Source: an uncultured virus (IMG/VR IMGVR_UViG_3300049185_000041) (taxonomy: Duplodnaviria; Heunggongvirae; Uroviricota; Caudoviricetes). Taken from it: a DNA stretch of 64,000 nucleotides. The notes beneath the pieces were generated by a model. The model ran no database searches. It saw only the letters and a program-made list of their open reading frames with translations, and was not told the DNA's origin. Positions 7,737-16,789 of the stretch are shown in pieces (the first letter of the stretch is position 1; every line of letters begins with the position of its first letter). The stretch is from the IMG/VR virus record IMGVR_UViG_3300049185_000041; one strand, written 5' to 3'. Position numbers and translations under genes: made by a program.

Positions 7737-9340
7737 TCCTGCCCCTGTTGGACGATGTTTTCTGGGCGGCCCTGGCATCCCGGAAGCCCGTGCGATACCT
7801 CTCGCTATGCTCCGGGATCGAAGCGGCCACGGTGGCATGGCACCAGTTCGGTTGGCAGCCTGTCGCCTTCTCCGAGATCGAACCTTTCCCTTGCGCCGTC
7901 CTTGCGTACCACTGGCCACATGTTCCGAACCTCGGCGACATGACCCGATGGCGTGAGTGGCCGGAGGAATTGCTGGCGCAGGTCGATGTCCTTGTTGGAG
8001 GGACGCCATGCCAGGCATTCTCGGTCGCCGGGCTCCGGAACTCCCTCGCCGATGAGCGAGGCAATCTTACCTTGATCTATGCACACCTCCTCGACCACCT
8101 TGATGAAATCCGCCAGCGGCGAGGGCTGCGCCCCGTCATCTGCGTGTGGGAAAACGTTCCCGGAGTCCTCTCCACCAAGGACAACGCCTTCGGATGCTTT
8201 CTCGGAGCGTTGGCCGGAGAAGACGATGCACTTGAGCCGCCAGGGAAAAGATGGACGAACGCTGGTCTTGTGTCCGGACCCCAAAGGTCAATCACGTGGA
8301 GGGCCCTCGACGCCCAATACTTCGGAGTGGCCCAACGCCGCCGTCGTGTGTTCCTTGTCGCAAGTGCTCGAAACGACTTCAGTCCCGAAGAGGTTCTTTT
8401 TGAGTCCGACGGCGTGCGCCGGGATTCTCCGCCGAGCCGCGAAGCGCGGGAAGTCGCTCCCACCATCCCTGCACGCAGCCTTGGAGGCGGAGGCCTTGGA
8501 ACGGACTTCGACTGCGATGGCGGAGTCGTGAAGTGGCCTGTCGAAGTAGCGCCTACGCTCAACGCACACTTCGGGGAAAAGCAGGGTCTTGAAGACCAAC
8601 ATGCCTTCGGCGGCGGCTTGTTTGTCCCCGACACCGCGCATACCCTGCGCGGTGAAGGGTTCGATGCGTCCGAGGACGGAACTGGAAGAGGGACTCCACT
8701 GGTGCCCGTGGCTTTCGCCAACCAAGGAAACTTCGGCGTCCTCAAAGAGGTTTCAGTTAGCGATCCGATTCGGGCCAAAGGCGGCGACACAGGAGGAGGA
8801 GGAGAGTCCTTGATTGCTTTCTCCTGCAAGGACCACGGAGGTGATGCTTCCGAGATCGCCCCGACACTCCGCAGCATGGGCCATCACGGAAGCCATCCGA
8901 ATGGTGGTGGGCAGGTAGCCGTGGCTTTTGCTGCCACCGATTACAAGGAGGGTAAGTTCGAGGAAGTCGAACAGGCCCGACCGCTGACGACGACGGCAGA
9001 CCGAACGCGGGGCGCACCAATCACCCTCGCTTTTAAACCCGGGCAATCTGAAGCCGCAGGCGGAACCTTTGTGACCGAGGAGTTCGCGCCGACATTGCAA
9101 GCCCAGAACAATGGCTCAACGGCAGTCCCGGCAATTTCACGGGCCTCCGCTGTCCGCAGACTCACCCCGACCGAATGCGAACGACTCCAAGGCTTCCCTG
9201 ACAACCACACGCTGATCCCGTGGAAAAAGAAGCCCGCCAGCGCGTGTCCTGACGGCCCACGCTACAAGGCGCTCGGGAATTCCATGGCGGTTCCTTGCAT
9301 GGCGTGGATCGGAAACCGAATCGCCGCCAATCTCCCATGA
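7733..9340 (+). CDS. dcm: DNA (cytosine-5)-methyltransferase with expanded repetitive variable region
   Basis: Motif I SLCSGIEA, IV GGTPCQAFS, VI WENVPG, VIII QRRRRVF, IX RRLTPTECERLQGFPD, X KALGNSMAV. Confidence 0.93.
   Translation: MILPLLDDVFWAALASRKPVRYLSLCSGIEAATVAWHQFGWQPVAFSEIEPFPCAVLAYHWPHVPNLGDMTRWREWPEELLAQVDVLVGGTPCQAFSVAGLRNSLADERGNLTLIYAHLLDHLDEIRQRRGLRPVICVWENVPGVLSTKDNAFGCFLGALAGEDDALEPPGKRWTNAGLVSGPQRSITWRALDAQYFGVAQRRRRVFLVASARNDFSPEEVLFESDGVRRDSPPSREAREVAPTIPARSLGGGGLGTDFDCDGGVVKWPVEVAPTLNAHFGEKQGLEDQHAFGGGLFVPDTAHTLRGEGFDASEDGTGRGTPLVPVAFANQGNFGVLKEVSVSDPIRAKGGDTGGGGESLIAFSCKDHGGDASEIAPTLRSMGHHGSHPNGGGQVAVAFAATDYKEGKFEEVEQARPLTTTADRTRGAPITLAFKPGQSEAAGGTFVTEEFAPTLQAQNNGSTAVPAISRASAVRRLTPTECERLQGFPDNHTLIPWKKKPASACPDGPRYKALGNSMAVPCMAWIGNRIAANLP
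8079..8531 (+). CDS. nested alternative-frame ORF inside the C5 MTase (EcoHK31I beta-subunit-like)
   Basis: SEWPNAAVVCSLSQVLETTSVPKRFFLSPTACAGILRRAAKRGKSLP in the +1 frame. Confidence 0.55.
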   Translation: MHTSSTTLMKSASGEGCAPSSACGKTFPESSPPRTTPSDAFSERWPEKTMHLSRQGKDGRTLVLCPDPKGQSRGGPSTPNTSEWPNAAVVCSLSQVLETTSVPKRFFLSPTACAGILRRAAKRGKSLPPSLHAALEAEALERTSTAMAES

Positions 9341-11913
9341 GCACCCCCATCTATTTCGGCGGCAATGGCGTCCGCGGAGGCCGGATTCGGCGGCTCAATG
9401 CCTCGACGTTCAAGGAACTGGTCGAGCGTTACATCTACATCCCGGTTTCTTTCCCGCTCACCCGGCAGGAGTTCTTCGCGCTGCCGACGGACAAGGACCG
9501 CGATGAGCGGAAGGATGGCCCCTACCTCGTCTGCTCGTCCTACCCATTCGACGAAGGCCACCGCGAGGACGACACCGCGACGTCCTTTCACATGGTCGTG
9601 CTCGACCTCGACGAAGGTGAGTTCGTGAAGGACTTCTTCGAGTCACCCGAGACCCTCGGCGAGCATCTCTTCCCCTACAATTTCACCGCGTTCACGACCG
9701 CGAAGCACACCAAGGAAAAGCCGCGGCTGAAGGTCCTGATCGACGTTCACCCCAGCCATCCGTCGCTGCACCGGAGGTTCGTGAAGTTCTTCCTCCAGCG
9801 GCTCGGTCTGCCGGACACCTTCAAGGGAAGCCGGGAATCAAAGACGCTCTCACTCCCGCAATATCGTCCCCTGGTTTTCAAAGGTGAATCGCCGTCGGCG
9901 GTGATCGCGGCACGCCTCGACGGCATCGCGGCCCGCGAGTCCGACCTGCCGGATGAAGAGGACGAGAACAACGAGGAGTTCTTCGGCCGCACCTATGCAT
10001 TCGATCGCGAGGACGGAGACGACGAGATCGTGAGCCTCGCCTATCTGCCGGTCGCAGGCCTCACGGTCGATGACATCCGCGAACCGCTGTCGAAGATCGA
10101 CCCGGACTGCGAGTATAAGCTTTGGTACGAAACCGCGGCGGCTCTACGCCACCAATTCGTCGAAGAGGAAGATGCCCGCGAGGCGTTCGAGCTATTCACG
10201 GACTGGTCCTCGGCGGGGGTCAAGTTCCAAGGCCGCAGGGATTGCTGGACCAAGTGGAAATCGTTCCGCCCGGTGGCCAAGGGCCGCGCCCCCATCACCA
10301 TTCGTTCGCTGTTCAAGGCCGCGATGGACGCTGGCTGGGAGAACATCAAGATCGCGAAGAAGATCCAGCAGACCGTGCTCGAATGGCTGGAGTCGTGCAA
10401 CGACCGCGACGAGCTGATGCAGGAAGGGGCGAAGCGCATCGCCGCGATGCCGTTCAAGAACGACGTGGTATCCGAGTCGCTGACGGTCGCATGGCGCAAG
10501 CGCATCAAGGCGGTCTGTGACGAGGACATCGACAAGGCCACGCTCAAGAAGGAAGTCTCGAAGATCCTGAAAAAGGAAGCTGCCGCGAAGCAGGAGCAGC
10601 ACCGCGGGCATCTCGACGGCTGGCTCCAGCCGCAGGTGTTCCTCGCCGTCGACGATGTGTTCCATGACTGCTCGTCCGGCGTGGCGCTCAAGCCCGGTGC
10701 CTTCGACCGGAAGTTCGAGAAAGAGCTGATGCCGAAGGAAGAGACGCCCGCCAACGGCAAGCCGATCATGGCACCTTCGGCGTACGCGCTCAACGTCATG
10801 AAGATTCCCCGGGTGGACCGGAAGATCTATTGCCCGCTCAATGCCGGCGACGACTCGATCGTCGAGATTGACGGGCACCTCTTCCTCAACACCTACGATC
10901 GCAACACGATCCCCGTCGAGGACCCCGAACACGCGACAAGGGCGTCAGAGCTGTTCATCGCCCACGTCACCCATCTCGTCGGTGCGGAATACCTCGGAGG
11001 CATTCTCGACTTCATCGCGGTGCAGGTTCAGTTCCCCGGCCGCAAGATTTTGTGGCTGCCGCTGATCCAGTCAGCCGAAGGTGTCGGCAAGGGCCTTCTC
11101 GGCAAGGTCCTCGCACGGGTGCTCGGTGTCGGCAATGTGAAACTGGTGTCGCCGGAAGTGATTCGTGATCGCTGGAACGACTGGCAAATCGGGGCTCAGG
11201 TCGTGATCCTCGAAGAGGTCCACTTCCCCGGCGAGCGCCGCGAGGCGGTGATGAACAGCCTCAAGCCCTTCATCACCGATTCGATCATCACCATCAACCA
11301 GCGCCATGTGTCCGCGCGGAACGAACGCAACTACGCAAACGCCTTCGCTTTCACCAACTACAAGGACGCACTTCACCTCAAGGGACCTGACCGTCGCTGG
11401 CAGGTGATCTTCTCCCCGCTCCAAACCAAGCAGCACGTCCTCGACCTCAACGCTACCGGCCACTTCGAACGCATGGAATGGCTGCTCACTCCGGACGGTG
11501 CCGGCGGCCTCCGCTACTGGCTGAAGAAACGGAAGATCGCCACGGATTTCCCCTTCAACGGGCCAGCCCCGATGACGAAGTTCCGCGCCGCCGTAATCGA
11601 GGAATCCAAGAGTCCGCTGCAAATCCAGATCGAGGACCTGATCGAGGATGCCGTGGACCCGCTGATCGGCCGCGAAGTGATCCATGTCGGCCGCCTGGTC
11701 GAACTGGTGGCGCGCGGCAGGCATTCTGATGCGACGCGGGTGCCACATGTCCTGTCGACGATGGGGTTTGAGAAATACAGCAGCGACCGGGTAAGCTTGG
11801 ATGGCTCAAGGGGCTGCCTGTACACCCACGCCGAAGCATGGAAAAACGGCGTGCCGCCAACGGATTTCCTCAAGGCCAAGCTCCGCGATTTCGAAGACGG
11901 ATTTCTTCTCTGA
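9337..11913 (+). CDS. primase-helicase (primase-like N-terminus, PriCT-2, SF3/DUF5906-type helicase)
   Basis: VLDLDE; IDPDCEYKLW..FTDWS..KWKSF; QSAEGVGKG Walker A; VILEEV; FTNY. Confidence 0.85.
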   Translation: MSTPIYFGGNGVRGGRIRRLNASTFKELVERYIYIPVSFPLTRQEFFALPTDKDRDERKDGPYLVCSSYPFDEGHREDDTATSFHMVVLDLDEGEFVKDFFESPETLGEHLFPYNFTAFTTAKHTKEKPRLKVLIDVHPSHPSLHRRFVKFFLQRLGLPDTFKGSRESKTLSLPQYRPLVFKGESPSAVIAARLDGIAARESDLPDEEDENNEEFFGRTYAFDREDGDDEIVSLAYLPVAGLTVDDIREPLSKIDPDCEYKLWYETAAALRHQFVEEEDAREAFELFTDWSSAGVKFQGRRDCWTKWKSFRPVAKGRAPITIRSLFKAAMDAGWENIKIAKKIQQTVLEWLESCNDRDELMQEGAKRIAAMPFKNDVVSESLTVAWRKRIKAVCDEDIDKATLKKEVSKILKKEAAAKQEQHRGHLDGWLQPQVFLAVDDVFHDCSSGVALKPGAFDRKFEKELMPKEETPANGKPIMAPSAYALNVMKIPRVDRKIYCPLNAGDDSIVEIDGHLFLNTYDRNTIPVEDPEHATRASELFIAHVTHLVGAEYLGGILDFIAVQVQFPGRKILWLPLIQSAEGVGKGLLGKVLARVLGVGNVKLVSPEVIRDRWNDWQIGAQVVILEEVHFPGERREAVMNSLKPFITDSIITINQRHVSARNERNYANAFAFTNYKDALHLKGPDRRWQVIFSPLQTKQHVLDLNATGHFERMEWLLTPDGAGGLRYWLKKRKIATDFPFNGPAPMTKFRAAVIEESKSPLQIQIEDLIEDAVDPLIGREVIHVGRLVELVARGRHSDATRVPHVLSTMGFEKYSSDRVSLDGSRGCLYTHAEAWKNGVPPTDFLKAKLRDFEDGFLL

Positions 11914-11923
11914 ATCACCTGAT
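11907..11923 (+). repeat. 17-bp direct repeat, left copy
   Basis: TCTCTGAATCACCTGAT, identical to 12745-12761. Confidence 0.85.
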
Positions 11924-12770
11924 GAACCCGCTCTTGTTACTCGCCGAAGACGTGATGCCGCGAAAGCCGGAGGTCCGTTGCGACCTGCGTGTGGGGGACA
12001 ACCTCGACCACATGCGGACGCTTGCCGACAAGTCCGTCCACCTTGTCGTCACCTCCCCGCCTTATGATGATCTGCGGACCTATGGCGGGTATTCATGGAA
12101 CTTCGAGGCACTGGTGCCCGAGATCCTCCGCGTCCTGGTTCCCGGTGGCCTCGTGGTCTGGATCGTCAACGACGAGAAGAAGAAAGGCTCGGAGTCCGGC
12201 AGCAGCTTCCGGCAAGCCCTGTTCTTCATCCAACAAGGATTCAAGCTGCACGACACCATGATCTGGCAGAAGCCGAATTTCTCGCATCCGTCGAGCAACA
12301 GCTACCATCAGGTCTTCGAGTACATGTTCGTTTTCTCCAAGGGCCGCCCTCGTTGCTTCAACCCCATCCGCGACCGCAAGAACCTGTATGCGGGCCGCAG
12401 TCCCCTCGGCAAGAATACCGTGTCTAACAGGGATGGCTCGAAAGGCTTGCGACCGGTCAATACCATCGCGGAATTCGGGCAGCGCCACAATGTATGGCTG
12501 ATGAACACGACAGGGCAGGAACGCCCGTGTGCAGGCATCCCGCATCCGGCTACCTTTCCGAAACAACTTGCCGCCGACCACATCGCCACATGGAGCAATC
12601 CCGGCGATGTCGTCCTCGACATGTTCGTTGGCAGCGGCACGACCTGCGTGGCCGCCAAGGAACTCGGAAGGCACTCGATCGGCATCGACGTAAATGCCGG
12701 CTACATTTCGATTGCCAGCGCCCGGTGTAACGAGCCTGAAATTCTCTCTGAATCACCTGATTACCATTGA
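11922..12770 (+). CDS. DNA amino-methyltransferase (beta class; SPPY, probably m4C)
   Basis: LVVTSPPY, HPATFP, VLDMFVGSGTT, IGIDVN. Confidence 0.92.
   Translation: MNPLLLLAEDVMPRKPEVRCDLRVGDNLDHMRTLADKSVHLVVTSPPYDDLRTYGGYSWNFEALVPEILRVLVPGGLVVWIVNDEKKKGSESGSSFRQALFFIQQGFKLHDTMIWQKPNFSHPSSNSYHQVFEYMFVFSKGRPRCFNPIRDRKNLYAGRSPLGKNTVSNRDGSKGLRPVNTIAEFGQRHNVWLMNTTGQERPCAGIPHPATFPKQLAADHIATWSNPGDVVLDMFVGSGTTCVAAKELGRHSIGIDVNAGYISIASARCNEPEILSESPDYH
12745..12761 (+). repeat. 17-bp direct repeat, right copy
   Basis: TCTCTGAATCACCTGAT. Confidence 0.85.
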
Positions 12771-12799
12771 CCTGTTAGCTACATTCCTACAACACTACA
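12767..12799 (+). promoter_or_regulatory. promoter with three CTACA boxes at 8-bp period
   Basis: TTGACC followed by CTACA at 12779, 12787, 12795. Confidence 0.55.
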
Positions 12800-12829
12800 T
12801 CCACATTCGTTAGCCAAACCAAAACTGCC

Positions 12830-13384
12830 ATGTTAGAACAAACGCTCGCCTCCATCGCCGAGGCCATCAACCGCCAAGCCGCCGCCGTCGAAGCCTCCAA
12901 CAAACTGATGGAAGCGGTCCTCGCGTCCCGCGAAGCCGCCGCCGGGAACGTCGTTCCGCTGAAGTCCGCCGCTCCGAAGGAAGAGATCACCGAAGAGACC
13001 GTGCCGACGAAGGTCGCCCCGGCAAAGAAGGCCGGTCGCCCTGCGAAGGCCGCTCCGGCTGCCGAAGAACCGGCACCGGAAGAGGTCGAGATCGAGACCC
13101 CGGTCGCCGCCAATTCGGCATCCAACAGCGAAGCCGGCGACGATCGCCCGGATGTCGATGAGTTCGAGGATCCGGCTGAAGTCACCGCCATCCTCACTGC
13201 CGCGGTCGATGCCGCGAAGAACGGCGCTGCCAAGGCCGGCGACAAGCGCGCCGCGTACATGGCCGCCTTCGAGGACACCCGCGTGAAGCATGGCATCGCC
13301 AAGGGCGAACGCCCGTCGACCGTGATCAAGACCCTCGCCGCCGCACGTGCCTTCAAGGCCGCCATCGAGGCGATTGCCGTCTGA
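12830..13384 (+). CDS. Ala/Pro/Glu-rich protein typical upstream of phage Cas4-like/SSB/polA modules
   Basis: N-terminal helix, low-complexity linker, C-terminal helical domain; strong codon bias. Confidence 0.75.
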   Translation: MLEQTLASIAEAINRQAAAVEASNKLMEAVLASREAAAGNVVPLKSAAPKEEITEETVPTKVAPAKKAGRPAKAAPAAEEPAPEEVEIETPVAANSASNSEAGDDRPDVDEFEDPAEVTAILTAAVDAAKNGAAKAGDKRAAYMAAFEDTRVKHGIAKGERPSTVIKTLAAARAFKAAIEAIAV

Positions 13385-13404
13385 CCGATTTCGCGTCACC
13401 CGAC

Positions 13405-13520
13405 GTGTCCGCCCAACGGAACCAGCGCCAGCCCACCGTGCGCCCCGAGGGTTCCCCGCAAGGGGGTTCATAAGCTAGGTCCCGGCTCCGAGGACTTCAG
13501 AACGGTAGGATCGGGCGGCC
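13405..13520 (+). ncRNA. candidate structured intergenic/leader RNA
   Basis: CCGCCC/GGGCGG closing helix, ACCGT/ACGGT, CCCC-GCAA-GGGG GNRA hairpin, GTCC/GGAC. Confidence 0.4.
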
Positions 13521-13539
13521 CATTTTCACGCCTACAATC

Positions 13540-14532
13540 ATGAAAGCCAAGACCATCAAGTCCAACATCCGTGCCAAGATCAACGAGTGGTTGGCCACCG
13601 TGCCCGAGGAGAACGGCCTCCGCGATCTCCTCGCCAAGAACATCATTGTGACCGGCGGGAGCATCGTCTCCATGCTGACCAACGAACGGGTCAACGACTA
13701 CGACATCTATTTCCGCACGCATGCCGCCGCGCTGGCCGCTGCCAACCACTACGTCGAGCGGTTCAAACTGAACCCGCCCCCGACCTTCAAGGACCATCAG
13801 CAGGAGATCGACATCCGCGTCGACCCGACCGATCACCAGGAGTGCGTGAAGATCGTCATCAAGAGCGCGGGCATTGCTTCCGAAGCGGCCTCGGCCGAGG
13901 ACAACAGCGGCTACGAGTATTTCGAGGCCCTGCCGGATGAAGTGGGCGAGGAATATGCGGGTCGCATCATGGACAACGTCACCGCTGCCGATGACATCGC
14001 GGTGACCTCGATCACGAAGCCCGAAGGCGATGGCAAGGCACCGTATCGCCCTGTCTTCATGAGCGCGAACGCCATCACGCTCGCCAATGGCATCCAGCTT
14101 GTGATGCGCTTCATTGGGGAACCCGAGGTGATCCACAAGTTCTACGACTTCGTCCACTGCACCTGCTACTGGTGCTCGTGGGACGGCAAGCTCGAACTCC
14201 CGGCAGCCGCGCTGGAGGCGATCATCACCAAGGAACTCCGGTACGTCGGAAGCCGGTATCCCCTCTGCTCGATCATCCGCATCCGGAAGTTTGTGGCGCG
14301 GGGTTGGTCGATCAATGCGGGCCAGATACTCAAGATGTGCTGGCAGCTCGCCGAACTCGATCTGAAGGACATCAAGGTTCTCGATGACCAATTGACCGGC
14401 GTGGATGCGCATTACTTCCGCCAAGTGATTGCCCGGCTTCAGGAGAAGCAAGACGAGGCCATTGCCGCCGGGGAGGAACCGAAGCCGATCGACGGCACCT
14501 ACCTGATGACCATCATCGACCGCATGTTCTGA
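13540..14532 (+). CDS. Pol-beta-superfamily nucleotidyltransferase (polyA/CCA-adding-like)
   Basis: VTGGSIVSML..VNDYDIYF (hGG..DxD) and later YDFVHC. Confidence 0.7.
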   Translation: MKAKTIKSNIRAKINEWLATVPEENGLRDLLAKNIIVTGGSIVSMLTNERVNDYDIYFRTHAAALAAANHYVERFKLNPPPTFKDHQQEIDIRVDPTDHQECVKIVIKSAGIASEAASAEDNSGYEYFEALPDEVGEEYAGRIMDNVTAADDIAVTSITKPEGDGKAPYRPVFMSANAITLANGIQLVMRFIGEPEVIHKFYDFVHCTCYWCSWDGKLELPAAALEAIITKELRYVGSRYPLCSIIRIRKFVARGWSINAGQILKMCWQLAELDLKDIKVLDDQLTGVDAHYFRQVIARLQEKQDEAIAAGEEPKPIDGTYLMTIIDRMF

Positions 14533-16044
14533 ATGACCCAAACCCGTGAGATCCCATTCCCGAAAGGCTGCGGTGCCGACGACGTCGTCATCATGCAGGA
14601 AATGCAGAATGGGTATTGGATCGACACCGGGATTCGCAAACTCTCTGACACCACCATGATCTCCGACATCGAAACCGGCCTTACCGGATCGTCTAACACC
14701 CACGCCCGTCTATCCCCTTCAGACTCCCACCGCTGGGGTCACTGCACCGGCTCAATCGCCTTCCAGGAAGCCAATGCCCACCGCGTTCGCAAGGACGACG
14801 GGTCCGTCTATTCCGACGAAGGAACCGAAGCCCATGAGTGGGCCGCGAAGGTCCTGCTCAAACAAATCACGATCGACGAGGTTCCTGAGAAAGGAATGCT
14901 CGGCAATGACCTCCGCATCCATGTCGCTGCCTATGTCGAGCATTGCCTTGCGGCGATCCCCGAAGGCGCGAGCTATGATGTGGAAGTCCAGATTCCTCTT
15001 TTTTACCAGAACGAACAGACCGGCACCGGAGACTTCGCATGGCTGAGTGACGAGAGGGTCGTGATCCGCGATTACAAGCATGGAGCCGGCGTGCTGGTGA
15101 CCTCGCACGAGAACAGCCAGCTCGCCATCTACGCGTACTCGCTGGTGAAGATGTTCGAGGACCTCTACATCTTCGGTCCCGACACCTTGGTGGACATCCA
15201 CGTGTTCCAGCCTCGCCACCGCGAGGGCGCGGAGCAGAAGCCGTGGGTCGTGCCGCTGGCCGACCTTGCGAAGTTCTGCGAGGAAATCGAATACCGGGCG
15301 ATTCAAGCCCGCGAGGGCGCGAACCGCGTGCGCGCGAAGATCGGTGCGCCCGGCCGTGACGTATCGCCGGAGGAGATCCTCGAAGCCGCGCCGGGTCTGG
15401 TGTTCCTCCCCGAAGAGGGTGATGGCGGTTCGTGTCGCTGGTGCCGATGCAAATCCTTCTGCTCCAAACGCCTCGAAGCGAACACCGAGGGCATGGACTT
15501 GCCCGGCCTTCCCGCCGAAGACCTGCTCGCCGCGATGCCGGACCTCGACAAGGAAGAGAAGAAACTCCCAGTCGGGGAACGCATCGCACTGAGGGCGTCC
15601 AAGCTCGGCATCGACCCGTTGCCGGACTCCTACCTCGTCGAGGTCTACGCCCGGATGAAGGGGCTCAAGTCGTGGCTTTCCGACATCGAGGATTTCCTCG
15701 AAGGGCGCTTGCTCGATGGCCATGACATCCCCGGAGTGTGCCTTGCCATGGGCCGCGAAGGCAATCGTGAGTGGGCCAATGAGGAAGCTGCCGACACCTT
15801 CCTCGCCGGCCAGAAGGTCAGCGCCGATGACCGCTACACTCGCAAGCTGGTCAGCCCGACCCAGGCCGAGAAGCTGCTCAAGGGCAAGGAACTCAGCACC
15901 CGCGCGCAGAACCGCTTCGCTGAACTGATCACCCGCTCGCCCGCCAAGCGCACGATCGCACTGGCCACGGACGATCGCCCGGCTGTCGGAGCCGCCATTT
16001 CGGCGATGCCCGATTTGGAAATCGAGGACGCCTTCGAGGTCTGA
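14533..16044 (+). CDS. DUF2800-type Cas4-like PD-(D/E)XK exonuclease
   Basis: HARLSPS..RW..CTGS; EGTEAHE; GTGDF..IRDYKHGAG; NSQLAIYA; FQPR; CRWC..C; true start may be 14656. Confidence 0.85.
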   Translation: MTQTREIPFPKGCGADDVVIMQEMQNGYWIDTGIRKLSDTTMISDIETGLTGSSNTHARLSPSDSHRWGHCTGSIAFQEANAHRVRKDDGSVYSDEGTEAHEWAAKVLLKQITIDEVPEKGMLGNDLRIHVAAYVEHCLAAIPEGASYDVEVQIPLFYQNEQTGTGDFAWLSDERVVIRDYKHGAGVLVTSHENSQLAIYAYSLVKMFEDLYIFGPDTLVDIHVFQPRHREGAEQKPWVVPLADLAKFCEEIEYRAIQAREGANRVRAKIGAPGRDVSPEEILEAAPGLVFLPEEGDGGSCRWCRCKSFCSKRLEANTEGMDLPGLPAEDLLAAMPDLDKEEKKLPVGERIALRASKLGIDPLPDSYLVEVYARMKGLKSWLSDIEDFLEGRLLDGHDIPGVCLAMGREGNREWANEEAADTFLAGQKVSADDRYTRKLVSPTQAEKLLKGKELSTRAQNRFAELITRSPAKRTIALATDDRPAVGAAISAMPDLEIEDAFEV

Positions 16045-16154
16045 TAGATTCTAACCCCGGGTCGCCCTTCAGGGCGATCCTATGACCCGCACGGCACCGC
16101 GGGCAGCATAAATCAGGGCCATTGCAGATACGAAATCCGAAATACGAAAATACC

Positions 16155-16721
16155 ATGAGTGCATTGCAAGAAGGTCAAGTCCACATCCCCGAAGGTCGTC
16201 TCAGCTATCCGAAGCTATATGAGCCGAAGGCAGCCAAGGGAGACCCGAACTCGAAGCCCCGGTATGGTTGCAAGATCCTGATCCCGAAATCGGATGAGGC
16301 GACCAAGGCGAAGATCGACAAGGAGATCGCCCGCCTCATCAAGGCCCACCTCAAGGGTGTGAAGCCGAGGTCCTCCGCCCTGCCCATCGTTGATGGTGAC
16401 GGCGAGGACGGCGACGAATACTCGAAAGGGCATTGGGTCCTGAGCGCCAACCGCGCGCAGTCCCAAGGACCTCCGCAGGTCGTCGACCGGCAGAACAAAG
16501 CCATCGACTCGAAGAACGCGAGCACCGTTTACGCCGGCTGCCACTGCGACTTCATGGTCGGCTTTTTCTTCCAGTCGAACTGGGGTCGCATCTGCTGCGG
16601 CCTTGAGATCGTTCGGAAGAAACGCGACGGCGAATCGTTCGGCGCGGCCCGGCAGGCCGCCGAGGAAGTCATGCCGGAACTCCCGGACGACGAAGAGGAG
16701 GAAGCCGGTTTCGGCGTCTGA
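16155..16721 (+). CDS. single-stranded DNA-binding protein (DUF2815/gp2.5-like)
   Basis: RLSYPKLYEP..YGCKILIPKSD..DGDG..PQVVD..VYAGC..DGESFG; acidic tail. Confidence 0.85.
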   Translation: MSALQEGQVHIPEGRLSYPKLYEPKAAKGDPNSKPRYGCKILIPKSDEATKAKIDKEIARLIKAHLKGVKPRSSALPIVDGDGEDGDEYSKGHWVLSANRAQSQGPPQVVDRQNKAIDSKNASTVYAGCHCDFMVGFFFQSNWGRICCGLEIVRKKRDGESFGAARQAAEEVMPELPDDEEEEAGFGV

Positions 16722-16746
16722 TCCCATCCGGATCGTGAATTGACCC

Positions 16747-16779
16747 GCCTCCGGCTGCCTCGTGCGGCCGGAGGCTTTC
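16747..16779 (+). terminator. hairpin terminator after SSB
   Basis: GCCTCCGGCTGC-CTCGT-GCGGCCGGAGGC-TTTC. Confidence 0.55.
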
Positions 16780-16789
16780 GGGTGCAAGG

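Noticed and set aside
13405..13520. Twister ribozyme (CCGCC..GGCGG ends)
   Set aside because: The conserved UAA cleavage-site and pseudoknot elements could not be placed; kept only as a generic structured RNA.
14533..16044. Cas4-like nuclease as evidence of CRISPR-Cas
   Set aside because: No repeat-spacer array or other cas gene seen; the context is the common phage nuclease-SSB-polA module.
16085..16130. Pistol ribozyme (hairpin followed by AUAAAU)
   Set aside because: No 6-bp loop pseudoknot or downstream conserved core.
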